Shown piece by piece: positions 37,906 through 47,261 of a DNA stretch of 64,000 nt (its first letter is position 1; each line of letters opens with the position of its first letter). The position numbers and the translations under genes were made by a program. The stretch lies in assembly GCA_963727455.1 (NCBI GenBank), contig CAVSGG010000005.1, forward strand, positions 1-64,000, written 5' to 3'. A model generated the notes under the pieces. The model searched no databases, was not told where the DNA came from, and worked only from the letters and a program-made list of their open reading frames with translations. Source of the DNA: Candidatus Krumholzibacteriota bacterium (GTDB taxonomy: Bacteria; Krumholzibacteriota; Krumholzibacteriia; JAJRXK01).

Positions 37906-39069
37906 ATGGCGCGCACCTATCTCGATCATCATGCGACCACTCCGGTCGATCCAAGGGTCGTCAAGGCCATGGCTCCCTATTGGGAAGGTGCCTACGGCAA
38001 CTCCGCGAGCGCTCACATCTTCGGCTGGGAAGCAGCGGAGGCCATCGAGAAGGCCCGTACGCAGGTCGCCGAACTCGTTCGTTGTAAACCGGGTGAGATC
38101 ATCTTTACCAGTGGCGCGACCGAGGCGGACAATCTCGCGATCCTGGGAAGTGCTCCACGGATGGCTCAGCGAGGGCACCACCTCGTGACCAGCGCCATCG
38201 AACATCCCGCGGTCCTGGATGCGTTTCGCCAGCTCGAGAAGCGTGGCGCCGAACTGACCGTCCTTCCGGTCGACTCTGATGGCCGGGTGAGTGCAGGCGA
38301 GTTAAAGGCTGCCCTACGGGACGATACCGTCCTGTGCAGCGTGATGTGGGCAAACAACGAGATCGGAACCATCCAGCCCATCGAGGAAATCTCCGCCATT
38401 TGCAAGGAGCGCGGTGTCGTGCTCCACAGCGATGCAGTGCAAGCCGTGGGACGCATCCCGGTGGACGCCGACATCGTCGACATGCTTTCCTTGACGGCTC
38501 ACAAAATCTACGGACCCAAAGGCATCGGTGCGTTGGTGGTTCGCCGCCGTAAGCCACGTATTCATCTTCAGCCACTATTCTATGGTGGTGGCCACCAGGA
38601 TGGCTTGCGCCCCGGTACTCTACCTGTACCCCTGATCGTGGGTCTTGGCGAAGCGTGCGCTCTGGCCAAGGCGGAGGCGGTGGCAAGAAGGAATCATGTG
38701 GAAGTCCTGCGGGATCATCTTTTGCAGCGCCTGCGCCAAGAAATCGAGGACCTCGGCGTCAACGGGAGTCTTCGGGATCGATTGCCCGGAAACCTGAACG
38801 TCTGTATCCATGGAGTGGAGGCCGAAGCGTTGCTGCTGGAATTGCGCGAAGTGGCGGCAAGCACCGGTTCCGCCTGTTCCTCGGCGGAGCATAGCCCCAG
38901 CTCCGTCTTGCTGGCATTGGGTTTGAGCCCCGATGAAGCCCATGCCAGCGTTCGATTCGGCATCGGGAAGGACAACACGATCGAAGAAATCGATACCGTG
39001 TGTGACGCACTCGTGAAGAAAGTAGAAGCGCTCCGTTCATTCTCGCGCCACGACAGTCGAGGTGGATGA
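37906..39069 (+). CDS. iscS: Cysteine desulfurase (group I, IscS/NifS-like)
   Basis: YLDHHATTP, FTSGATE, NNEIG, HSDAVQ, TAHKIYGPKG, STGSACSS. Confidence 0.93.
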   Translation: MARTYLDHHATTPVDPRVVKAMAPYWEGAYGNSASAHIFGWEAAEAIEKARTQVAELVRCKPGEIIFTSGATEADNLAILGSAPRMAQRGHHLVTSAIEHPAVLDAFRQLEKRGAELTVLPVDSDGRVSAGELKAALRDDTVLCSVMWANNEIGTIQPIEEISAICKERGVVLHSDAVQAVGRIPVDADIVDMLSLTAHKIYGPKGIGALVVRRRKPRIHLQPLFYGGGHQDGLRPGTLPVPLIVGLGEACALAKAEAVARRNHVEVLRDHLLQRLRQEIEDLGVNGSLRDRLPGNLNVCIHGVEAEALLLELREVAASTGSACSSAEHSPSSVLLALGLSPDEAHASVRFGIGKDNTIEEIDTVCDALVKKVEALRSFSRHDSRGG

Positions 39070-39095
39070 GAGAGAATCCGGTGGAGGAGAATTTC

Positions 39096-39431
39096 ATGGT
39101 TCACATCACAGATAATGCCGCCAAGGCCATCCTTTCCAACCTAGCCGAGGAGAAGCGCGATCCGGCCACCAATTACCTGCGCGTTGCAGTGCAGGGTGGT
39201 GGTTGCTCGGGTCTGAGCTACAAGCTCGCTTGGGAGGATTCTCTGCGTGAAGGAGACGAGGTCTTCACGCACGAAGGGGAAGGCGTCAAGATCGTCGTGG
39301 ACAACAAGAGCCTTCTGTTTCTCCACGGTCTCACGCTTGATTTCTCCAGCGGCCTCAATGGGAAGGGCTTCATCTTCGAGAATCCCAATGCCACGGGGAC
39401 CTGTGGCTGCGGTTCGTCGTTCAAGGTCTGA
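39096..39431 (+). CDS. iscA: A-type Fe-S carrier (IscA/HesB)
   Basis: GGGCSGLSY, NPNATGTCGCGSSF; SD GGAGG before ATG 39096. Confidence 0.93.
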   Translation: MVHITDNAAKAILSNLAEEKRDPATNYLRVAVQGGGCSGLSYKLAWEDSLREGDEVFTHEGEGVKIVVDNKSLLFLHGLTLDFSSGLNGKGFIFENPNATGTCGCGSSFKV

Positions 39432-39468
39432 TCTTCTCGTCGGGGGCGCATTCCCGCAGAGCAAATGC

Positions 39469-39497
39469 TTGCCAGCGCATCATCGAGATGAAACAAT
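39469..39497 (+). promoter_or_regulatory. Putative sigma-70 promoter for pepA (TTGCCA-N17-AACAAT, extended TG)
   Basis: 17-nt spacer and TGn immediately before the -10. Confidence 0.4.
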
Positions 39498-39570
39498 ATT
39501 GCGTCAATTTTCAGGTGACGAGAATTCGAGCTTCTAGGGGAGTCGGGGGACCGGCTCGGAGAGGGATCCC

Positions 39571-41079
39571 ATGCGTTTCACGGTGAAAAAGGGAGGTCTG
39601 GAAGAGTTCCAGGCCGAGGTCTTGATCGTTGGCGTGCATTCGGGCGGAAGACGCCTACGCGGAGCGGTGGCCGATCTCGATCGGCGGACGAGTGGCGCTT
39701 TGAGCAAGGCGATGGAGGTGAGTGGATTCACCGGGGAACTCAAGCAAGTCGCATTCGCGCCAGCGCCGCGAACCAGCGCCAAGAAGGTATTGCTCGTCGG
39801 TCTGGGAGAAATGGCGGACCTGGACGTGGCTGCCTTGAAAGACGCGATGGGAAGCGCGGCCTCTGCCTGTCAAGTCCAGGGGATCAAGTCGGCGGGGGTA
39901 CTCGTCCCCACTTCGCGCTTATTGCACGCCCGTGAAGCAACCGAGGTGAGCTGTCGCGCGCTGGTTCTAGCCAGCTACGATCCCGGCCTTTACAAGACCG
40001 ACGAGAAGGAACGTAAGAAGGCTCCGCTGAATCGGGTTGGCCTGTTCTGCGAGGCCAAGAACTCGCAGCTTGCACTGAGCGAGGGAGCGGCCCGCGGCAA
40101 CGCGACAGCGGAGGGTGTTCTCTTCACCCGCGAGCTGGTAAATCGGCCTTCCAACGAACTCACGCCGCGCATCATGGCCAAACAAGCCCGCATTCTGGCC
40201 CGTTCGCCTCTTGTACGGTGCAAGGTCTTCGGACCCGCCGAATGCGAGCGCAAGGGCATGGGGGGACTCATCGGAGTGGGGCAGGGTAGCGCCGAACCGG
40301 TGCAGTTCATCACCCTCGAATACAAGCCAGGGCGTCTGCCCAAGAATGCCCCCAAGATCGCGCTCGTGGGAAAAGGGATAACCTTCGATTCCGGGGGAAT
40401 CAGTCTCAAGCCCTCCGCGAACATGGACCAGATGAAGTTCGACATGGGAGGCGCCGGGGCGGTGTTGGGCGCTTTCAAGATTCTCTCGCTCCTAAAGCCC
40501 AAGGTGCATGTCTTGGGCTACGTGGCCGCGGCAGAGAACATGCCCGGCGGCAAGGCCATCAAGCCGGGAGACCTGTTGCGAATGATGAACGGTCTCACGG
40601 TGGAAGTGAACAACACCGATGCCGAAGGCCGTCTGGTACTGGCAGATGCCTTGCACTACGCGAAGAAGCAGAAGCCCGATTTCATTGTGGACGCGGCAAC
40701 CCTGACTGGAGCCTGCATGGTGGCGCTGGGAGAATACGCGTGTGGTCTCATGAGCGAGGACGACGACTTGGTTCGTCTCATCGAAGGAGCATCCAGACTC
40801 AGCGGGGAGGCCGTGTGGCGTTTACCCCTGGGAGATCTGCACCGCCAGAAAATGAAAGGTCATGTCGCGGACCTGAAGAACACCGGACCCAGGGACGGTG
40901 GTGCATCGACCGCAGCTGGCTTTTTGAGTTGCTTCGCCAAAGGAGCACGCTGGGCTCACTTGGACATCGCAGGTATGGTCTGGGCCGAGGAGAATCGCCC
41001 AACCGAACCCAAGGGCGCGACCGGATTCGGAGCATGTCTCTTCTATTACATCGCCGAAGCTGCGGCAAAGAAGGCCTAG
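39571..41079 (+). CDS. pepA: Leucyl aminopeptidase (M17)
   Basis: VGKGITFDSGG, MKFDMGGA, NTDAEGRL, ATLTGA, HLDIAG. Confidence 0.96.
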   Translation: MRFTVKKGGLEEFQAEVLIVGVHSGGRRLRGAVADLDRRTSGALSKAMEVSGFTGELKQVAFAPAPRTSAKKVLLVGLGEMADLDVAALKDAMGSAASACQVQGIKSAGVLVPTSRLLHAREATEVSCRALVLASYDPGLYKTDEKERKKAPLNRVGLFCEAKNSQLALSEGAARGNATAEGVLFTRELVNRPSNELTPRIMAKQARILARSPLVRCKVFGPAECERKGMGGLIGVGQGSAEPVQFITLEYKPGRLPKNAPKIALVGKGITFDSGGISLKPSANMDQMKFDMGGAGAVLGAFKILSLLKPKVHVLGYVAAAENMPGGKAIKPGDLLRMMNGLTVEVNNTDAEGRLVLADALHYAKKQKPDFIVDAATLTGACMVALGEYACGLMSEDDDLVRLIEGASRLSGEAVWRLPLGDLHRQKMKGHVADLKNTGPRDGGASTAAGFLSCFAKGARWAHLDIAGMVWAEENRPTEPKGATGFGACLFYYIAEAAAKKA

Positions 41080-41135
41080 TGGCTCTCACCCAGGAGGAAG
41101 CTCTCATGCCTGCCTCGCAGCCAAGACGAGGGTCG

Positions 41136-41987
41136 ATGAGGTTCGCCATCCTCCTTTGTCTACTCCTTTCGGCCACGCTGTTCGGCGGATGCTCCAGAAC
41201 CAAGGACCAAGCTCCCGCGCCAGACGGGCAATCCGCCGCGAAAGCGCTCGCCCCTACCGGTCAATCTACGACGGATTCACTCACGCGGACCCAAGCTGCA
41301 GCGAAGCCCCAGGGGCCCACCAGGGAGGCCCTGCGAGAAGTGATGACAGCGCGGGCCAAGGAGGCGGCGCAAAAGAAGGCGCAGAAAGTGCTCGAGCGCG
41401 CGCGCGCTGCCACTCGCGTCACTAAGGCCGCCCTGAGCAAGATCATCGAGGGGCGCGCCATTGGAAGTGGTTCCGAGGGGCGCTTCAGGACCGAGATCAG
41501 TTCGCCCTCGGGTGGAAGATTTTGGTATAGCCGCGCACTCGAGGGAAAGACACCCTTTGAGGCGATCATCACTCCCAAAGGTGCGTGGTCAGTCAGCGAA
41601 GACGGTACGAGAACTCCCCTGACCGGTCGAACTGCCCTGATGATCAAGAGTCACGATTTCCAGCGAATCGCGCTCGATCCCGAGAGCTTTGTACAGGAGA
41701 TTGGCTGGGTGAAAGAAACGAAATTCCGCTCGGTGAAGAGTCAGGAGCTTTTGGGATTCACGCCAGACCGTACGAAGGTCTACTTCTACTTCGACGACAA
41801 GTCCGGATTACCGCTGGGATTCAAAATTGCGGATCCAATGCAAGCCGGCAACTCGGTGACCATCATTTTTCGCGAGTGGAAAGAAGTGGGGGGGGTACGG
41901 ATGCCTTCCGATATCCTCGCGTTGGACTCAGAGAGGAACTTTCATTTCTCCTTCCAAGGACTGACCTTCCAAGACGAAGAGAAGTGA
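41136..41987 (+). CDS. Hypothetical lipoprotein with a LolA-like beta-rich C-terminal region
   Basis: MRFAILLCLLLSATLFGGC lipoprotein signal; Ala/Pro linker; YFDDKSGLP...FREWKEVGGVRMP pattern; start may be 41106. Confidence 0.65.
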   Translation: MRFAILLCLLLSATLFGGCSRTKDQAPAPDGQSAAKALAPTGQSTTDSLTRTQAAAKPQGPTREALREVMTARAKEAAQKKAQKVLERARAATRVTKAALSKIIEGRAIGSGSEGRFRTEISSPSGGRFWYSRALEGKTPFEAIITPKGAWSVSEDGTRTPLTGRTALMIKSHDFQRIALDPESFVQEIGWVKETKFRSVKSQELLGFTPDRTKVYFYFDDKSGLPLGFKIADPMQAGNSVTIIFREWKEVGGVRMPSDILALDSERNFHFSFQGLTFQDEEK

Positions 41988-42032
41988 GTGAGCCGTGAAT
42001 CGAGATTGCCGAGCCTCCCTCGGTGTCTCCAT

Positions 42033-42899
42033 CTATGCGCCGCGGGAATCCGGGTCGAAAGCGTCGCGTATCCCGTCCCCGAGAAAATTGAGCGCCAGCA
42101 GGGTCAGGCCCAAGAAGAGCCCGGGAAATAGGATCAACCACCAGTTCGTGTTCAAGGCGTTGATCGCCGAAGCCCCTTCGTTGGCCAAGCTGCCCCAGGA
42201 AGCATCGGGTGGTTGCACTCCCAGGCCCAAAAACGAGAGGAAAGCCTCCTCCAGCATGACGGAGGGAACGGTCAGCGTTGCGTAGACCAGGATGGGTCCC
42301 AGCATGTTGGGAAGCAGGTGCCTGAGGAAGATACGGTGCCGCGGCAATCCAAGAGCTATCGAAGCCTCCACGAACTCACTCGAGCGCAAGCGCTTCATCT
42401 CTCCGCGCACGATGCGACTCATGGTGAGCCACTGCACGGCGCCCAGAGCCAAGAAGAGCAGCAAGAGGCTCTGGCCGAAAAAGGCTACCAGGAGAATCAC
42501 GAAAAACATGAATGGTAGGGAGTAGAGCAGGTCGACGAAACGCATCATCGCCTCGTCGGTCTTTCCACCTTGCCATCCAGCGGTCATGCCCCAGCCCACT
42601 CCGATGAGGAGGCTTACCAGGGTGGCAACGATCCCTACCGCGAGGCTGATACGGCCCCCCCGCATCACTCGCGTCATCAGGTCACGGCCTACCGCGTCGG
42701 TTCCAAAAGGATGCTCCAAGCTCGGTGGCTGCAGTTGCCGGGGAAGATCTTGACGGTCGAAGGGGTACGGGCTCAAAAGGGGCCCAGCCACCGCAATGAC
42801 CACGATGGCGGAGAGGACCCAAATACTGATCACCGCCACTCGATGCCGGCGCAAGCGACGCCAGGCATCCTGGAACGGAGAGTTACCGCGCTCGCTCAT
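42033..42899 (-). CDS. oppC: Oligopeptide ABC permease
   Basis: HPFGTDAVGRD, EFVEASIALG, LSFLGLGVQPP..SWG, NFLGDGIRDAFDP. Confidence 0.93.
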   Translation of the reverse strand: MSERGNSPFQDAWRRLRRHRVAVISIWVLSAIVVIAVAGPLLSPYPFDRQDLPRQLQPPSLEHPFGTDAVGRDLMTRVMRGGRISLAVGIVATLVSLLIGVGWGMTAGWQGGKTDEAMMRFVDLLYSLPFMFFVILLVAFFGQSLLLLFLALGAVQWLTMSRIVRGEMKRLRSSEFVEASIALGLPRHRIFLRHLLPNMLGPILVYATLTVPSVMLEEAFLSFLGLGVQPPDASWGSLANEGASAINALNTNWWLILFPGLFLGLTLLALNFLGDGIRDAFDPDSRGA

Positions 42900-43813
42900 C
42901 GCAGTTCCATCCGGGGATCGAGGGCCGAGTAGAGCAGGTCAACGAGTAGATTGAGCCCGATGAGTAGAGTGCTGTAGAGGAGGACTGTGCCCATGGCCAG
43001 GGTGTAATCACGATTGAGTGCGCTGTTGACGAAAAAGGTGCCGAGCCCGGGGATGTTGAAGATCTTCTCCACGACGACGCTTCCCACCAGAATGGACGCC
43101 GCAGCAGGTCCCAGATAGCTGAGGACCGGCAGGATGGCCACCCGAAGTGCGTGCTTGGTGACGACGACCGGTTCGCCAAGGCCCTTGGCTCGGGCGGTGC
43201 GGATGAAGTCGTGCGAGAGGACCTCGATCATACCCACGCGGGTCAACCGCGCGATGTAGGCGGCACGGATTGCACCCAGCGTAATCGCGGGGAGCACCAG
43301 CTGTTGAAGCGTCCCGAATCCGCCCACCGGAAACCAACCGAGCTGGAACACGAAGAGAAGGATGAGGAGTGGACCCAAGACGAAATTTGGAATGCAAATG
43401 CCTAGCAATGCGAAACCGGTGGCGAAATGGTCCGGCCATCCGTTGCGATGGATCGCAGCGAATACTCCCAGGGGAATTCCACTGAGCAATGCGATAATGA
43501 GCGCGAAAAGTCCCAGGGTGAGGGAGACTGGCAGCGCCTGTCCGATGATCTCGCGCACCGACCATCCCGGGTAGCGAAACGAAGGGCCCAGATCGCCTCG
43601 CAGCAGACCCTTTCCGTAGAGCCAAAGCTGTTCGCCAAGAGGCCGATCCAGTCCGTACCGCGCCTGTATCTGAGCTTTCACCGTGGGGTCGAGTTCGCGT
43701 TCGAGATCGAAGGGTCCCCCCGGAGCCAGGCGCATGAAGAAAAAGCTGACCACGATGATGGCCGCAAACAAGGGGATGAGCGAGAGTAAGCGACGCGCGA
43801 GAAAGCGCATCAT
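42896..43813 (-). CDS. oppB: Oligopeptide ABC permease
   Basis: LAPGGPF, GDLGPSF, RTARAKGL, VEKIFNIPGLG, RDY, LDPR. Confidence 0.94.
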   Translation of the reverse strand: MMRFLARRLLSLIPLFAAIIVVSFFFMRLAPGGPFDLERELDPTVKAQIQARYGLDRPLGEQLWLYGKGLLRGDLGPSFRYPGWSVREIIGQALPVSLTLGLFALIIALLSGIPLGVFAAIHRNGWPDHFATGFALLGICIPNFVLGPLLILLFVFQLGWFPVGGFGTLQQLVLPAITLGAIRAAYIARLTRVGMIEVLSHDFIRTARAKGLGEPVVVTKHALRVAILPVLSYLGPAAASILVGSVVVEKIFNIPGLGTFFVNSALNRDYTLAMGTVLLYSTLLIGLNLLVDLLYSALDPRMELR

Positions 43814-45414
43814 TTTGCACCTCCCGCGCGCGAGACATATTTCAACTGTACGGCATTCAGTAAGTTCGGTTTGAGACCCTTCCACTTGTCAGCGTCGTAG
43901 AGATTGGTGACGACGTAGTAGTAGATAGGCACGATGATGCACTCTTGTGAGGTAACGATACGCTCGCACTCGTGAAGAATTTTCATGCGGCGCGCGGGGT
44001 CGAGTTCGTTGGCGGCAAGGGTCAGCAGGCTGTCATAATGGGTGGACGCAAATCCGGTTCGGTTGTTTCCATTTCCCGAACTCCAGATCGAAAGGAAAGT
44101 ATTGGGATCGAGATAGTCGCCGATCCAACCACCGCGCGCGATTTGGTACTCTTTGGCGCGCGTCTTCGCCATGAAAACCTTCCACTCCATGTTGCGCAAC
44201 TCCACCTGGACTCCGAGCACTCGTTTCCATTGCTGTTGGAGTACCACCGCGATCTGCCGGTGCGCCTCGCTCGTGTTGTAGAGATAGGTGATCTTGGGAA
44301 AGCCCTTGCCGCCGGGGTATCCCGCCTCGGCGAGCAGTTGGCGCGCGCGCTCCGGCTGATAGCCCTCCAGCTGGACTTCGTGGTAGCCGGGCAACCCGGG
44401 AGGAACGAGGCTGTGCGCGGGAATCTGCCCTCCCCGTGTAACGTGCTCCGTGATCGCTTTCGCGTCTACGGCCAGGGCGAAGGCCTTCCGTACGCGAGGA
44501 TCGTCCATCGGCGGTGAGTTCACGCAAAAGCGCAAGAAGTAGGTGTTGAGATAGGGACCCCGGTGAAAATCGGATCGAGACGAAAGCTGCTGGATCACCG
44601 TGGGCGGAATTCCCTCCGAATCGACCCAGTCGAGCTCACCGCTCTCGTAGCGATTGAAGCTGCTGTTCGCGTCGTCACCGTGCATGATGTCGACGATCTT
44701 CAAGGCCACGCGAGAAGCGTCCCAATAGCGGGGATTGCGAAGCAGACGGACCCGGCGGTTGATCTGCCACTTCTGCACTTGATACGGTCCATTACTCACG
44801 ATGAATTGGGGATGCGTCCAACGCTCGCCGTGCTCGCGGATGGTCCATGCGGGAACTGGATACAGGGGATAGTAGGCGCAGAGATCCAGAAAATAGGCGA
44901 CCGGATGGGAGAGCTGCACCACGAATGTCGTGTCGTCGGGACAGCTGAGCCCGAGGCTCGAAGGGTCGCTAGTCTTGCCAGAATGGAGACGACGAGCTCC
45001 CATGAGAGGATATAGGAGATCGGCGTAGGGGGCCGCGGTCGCCGGTGTCAGGAGCCTAATCCAGGCGAACTGGAAGTCGTGACTGGTGACCGGCCTGCCA
45101 TCGCTCCAAAGGGCATCACCGCGCAGGTGGAAGGTGTAGAGGGTGCCGGTAGCGTCGATCTCCCAGCTGCGAGCAACCCCGGGGTGCGGAGCCAGTGTGG
45201 CCGGGTCCCGCGAGCACAGTCCCTCGAAGACATTGCTCAGGATGCGTCCCCCCGGCTGCGCGCTGCAGAGCCCTGGATCCAGGCTCTCCGGCTCCCGTCC
45301 CAGCATCGTGAAATCCGCCGGCTTCTCACCCAGTCCGCAACCGAGAACAAGAAGGGCGCACGCTGCCAGTGTCCACCGCGTCCTTCGGTACAGCTGCCGC
45401 CGCCAAGAATCCAC
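43810..45414 (-). CDS. oppA: Oligopeptide ABC substrate-binding lipoprotein (family 5)
   Basis: Lipobox VLGC; EPESLDP, YTFHLR..A.WSDG.PVT..DF, SNGPY, RVRKA, GWIGDY; GTG start at 45414 inferred. Confidence 0.92.
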   Translation of the reverse strand: MDSWRRQLYRRTRWTLAACALLVLGCGLGEKPADFTMLGREPESLDPGLCSAQPGGRILSNVFEGLCSRDPATLAPHPGVARSWEIDATGTLYTFHLRGDALWSDGRPVTSHDFQFAWIRLLTPATAAPYADLLYPLMGARRLHSGKTSDPSSLGLSCPDDTTFVVQLSHPVAYFLDLCAYYPLYPVPAWTIREHGERWTHPQFIVSNGPYQVQKWQINRRVRLLRNPRYWDASRVALKIVDIMHGDDANSSFNRYESGELDWVDSEGIPPTVIQQLSSRSDFHRGPYLNTYFLRFCVNSPPMDDPRVRKAFALAVDAKAITEHVTRGGQIPAHSLVPPGLPGYHEVQLEGYQPERARQLLAEAGYPGGKGFPKITYLYNTSEAHRQIAVVLQQQWKRVLGVQVELRNMEWKVFMAKTRAKEYQIARGGWIGDYLDPNTFLSIWSSGNGNNRTGFASTHYDSLLTLAANELDPARRMKILHECERIVTSQECIIVPIYYYVVTNLYDADKWKGLKPNLLNAVQLKYVSRAGGAK

Positions 45415-45585
45415 GCATCTCGCCTTTTCGCCAGTGTGGGGCGGGCTGATTGTATCGGTTTCCCCCCAGCGGTCCAGACCTGAAGAGATCGCCCCGGGAA
45501 GTGTTCTCGCGCCATTCCAGCTTAGCGTGTATAAGAAAGGGGACGCCCCATCCCTTCGACTGTGCTCGTGGAGAATCTGGCATTC

Positions 45586-47016
45586 ATGAACGACTTGCCG
45601 CTCTTTGCCGCCTCTTCCATGGAAGAGGACGCCACCTGGTCGGTGACCCGCCTGAACGAGGCGATCTCCCACGCTTTGAGCGAACGCTTCCCGCAGGAGA
45701 TCTGGGTACGCGGCGAAATTCAGGGACTTGCTAGAACCAGGATGCGCAAACACTGGTACTTCGAACTGGTGGAAAAGGACGAATACGGAGATGGAGTAAA
45801 GGGCAAGCTCTCGGTGGCGCTTCTCGCCTGGAATCGGGGACCGGTAGATCGCACGATCACCAGTTCACCGGGTTTCAGGCTCGACGACGACATCGAAGTG
45901 CGCATCAAGGGCCGCGTCGACTTCTATCCGCCGTTCGGGAAACTCCAATTCGTGATGACAGGGGTCGACCCCGCATTCACCCTGGGACAACTCGCTCTCA
46001 GACGAGAGCGCATCCTGCGCGCACTGAAGGCGGAGGGCCTCCTGCGCGCGAACGCCGAGCGTCCCATGCCCCTAGTTCCAGCCAGAATTGGTCTGATTAC
46101 CAGCGTGGGCAGCGCGGCTTACAATGACTTCATCAACGAGTTGGAGCAAGGCGGCTTCGGGCATCGGGTCGTGGTCGCGGATGCTCGGGTGCAGGGGGCG
46201 GAGGCCGAGCGAACTCTGCTCGCGGCGCTCGGCACCCTCAAGGCCTGTGAGCTCGACCTGATCGCGATCGTGAGGGGAGGCGGTAGCCAGAGCGATCTCG
46301 CGGCCTTCGACAGCGAGGCTCTGGCGCGGGCCATTTGCAAGATGCCCATCCCGGTCTTGACCGGAATCGGTCACGAGATCGACACCTCCGTGGCCGACCA
46401 CGTGGCGCATACCGCTTACAAGACCCCGACGGCTTGCGCGGCCGCCCTGGTGGTATCCACCGCTAACTTCCTGTCCCTTCTGCAGGAAAGGGCGGAGGAA
46501 ATCGCGTCTCTGGCGGAGAGGCAGACGGCAAACGAGCGACACCGTCTTATCATGGCTGCGCAGCTGGCCAGTTCGCGCGCCAAAGCGCGAATCGTCTCTG
46601 CGCAGCGTGACCTCGCGGAGGCCGAGCGGAGCCTGCTTCGGGAGACCCCGCGGTCTCTGGCTCGTGCCGAGGCCCGGCGCGAACGCATCGCGGGAGAACT
46701 GCGGGGAGCGGGACGCCTGGTATTGCACCGGGCCGATCAATCCTTGAAGACGGCTCTGAGAAAGCTGACTCTCCCCCGCATGCGGGTTCTGCTGAACCGC
46801 CGCGCGGAGAAATTGAGTGCCCAGGAGACTCGGGTCCGCCTCCTCGATCCTCGGCGGGTCTTGGCCCGGGGCTACAGCATCAGTCGTGGACCGACGGGCG
46901 CAGTGGTGCGCAGCGCCGCGGAACTGAAGCTCGGCGATATGATGACCACTCAGCTCTCGCGGGGAAGTGTGAAAAGCGAAGTCAAGGTATGCCGGAAGGA
47001 GAAAAAGAGTCCATGA
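45586..47016 (+). CDS. xseA: Exodeoxyribonuclease VII large subunit
   Basis: WVRGEI, HWYF, IGLITS, VQG, RGGGS, TGIGHEID, TPTA, LARGYS. Confidence 0.95.
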   Translation: MNDLPLFAASSMEEDATWSVTRLNEAISHALSERFPQEIWVRGEIQGLARTRMRKHWYFELVEKDEYGDGVKGKLSVALLAWNRGPVDRTITSSPGFRLDDDIEVRIKGRVDFYPPFGKLQFVMTGVDPAFTLGQLALRRERILRALKAEGLLRANAERPMPLVPARIGLITSVGSAAYNDFINELEQGGFGHRVVVADARVQGAEAERTLLAALGTLKACELDLIAIVRGGGSQSDLAAFDSEALARAICKMPIPVLTGIGHEIDTSVADHVAHTAYKTPTACAAALVVSTANFLSLLQERAEEIASLAERQTANERHRLIMAAQLASSRAKARIVSAQRDLAEAERSLLRETPRSLARAEARRERIAGELRGAGRLVLHRADQSLKTALRKLTLPRMRVLLNRRAEKLSAQETRVRLLDPRRVLARGYSISRGPTGAVVRSAAELKLGDMMTTQLSRGSVKSEVKVCRKEKKSP

Positions 47017-47261
47017 GTGCGAAGAAGGCTCAGACCAAAGCGCCACGCTATGCCGAGGCCATGGAAGAACTGGAGACGATCCTCGCGCAGCTCGAGGAGG
47101 AAGCGGTGGATGTAGACGAACTCACGGCCAAGGTGAAACGGGCGAGCGAGCTGATCCAGTTTTGCCGCGACCGACTGAGCAACACTCGCCTGGAGATTGA
47201 GCAAGTCGTGGCAGAGCTGCAGAAGGTCGAGGAGGAAGAAGATGCCGAGGATGAGGGATAA
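47013..47261 (+). CDS. xseB: Exodeoxyribonuclease VII small subunit
   Basis: YAEAMEELETIL..LE, LIQFCRDRL; ATGA overlap with xseA. Confidence 0.92.
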   Translation: MSAKKAQTKAPRYAEAMEELETILAQLEEEAVDVDELTAKVKRASELIQFCRDRLSNTRLEIEQVVAELQKVEEEEDAEDEG

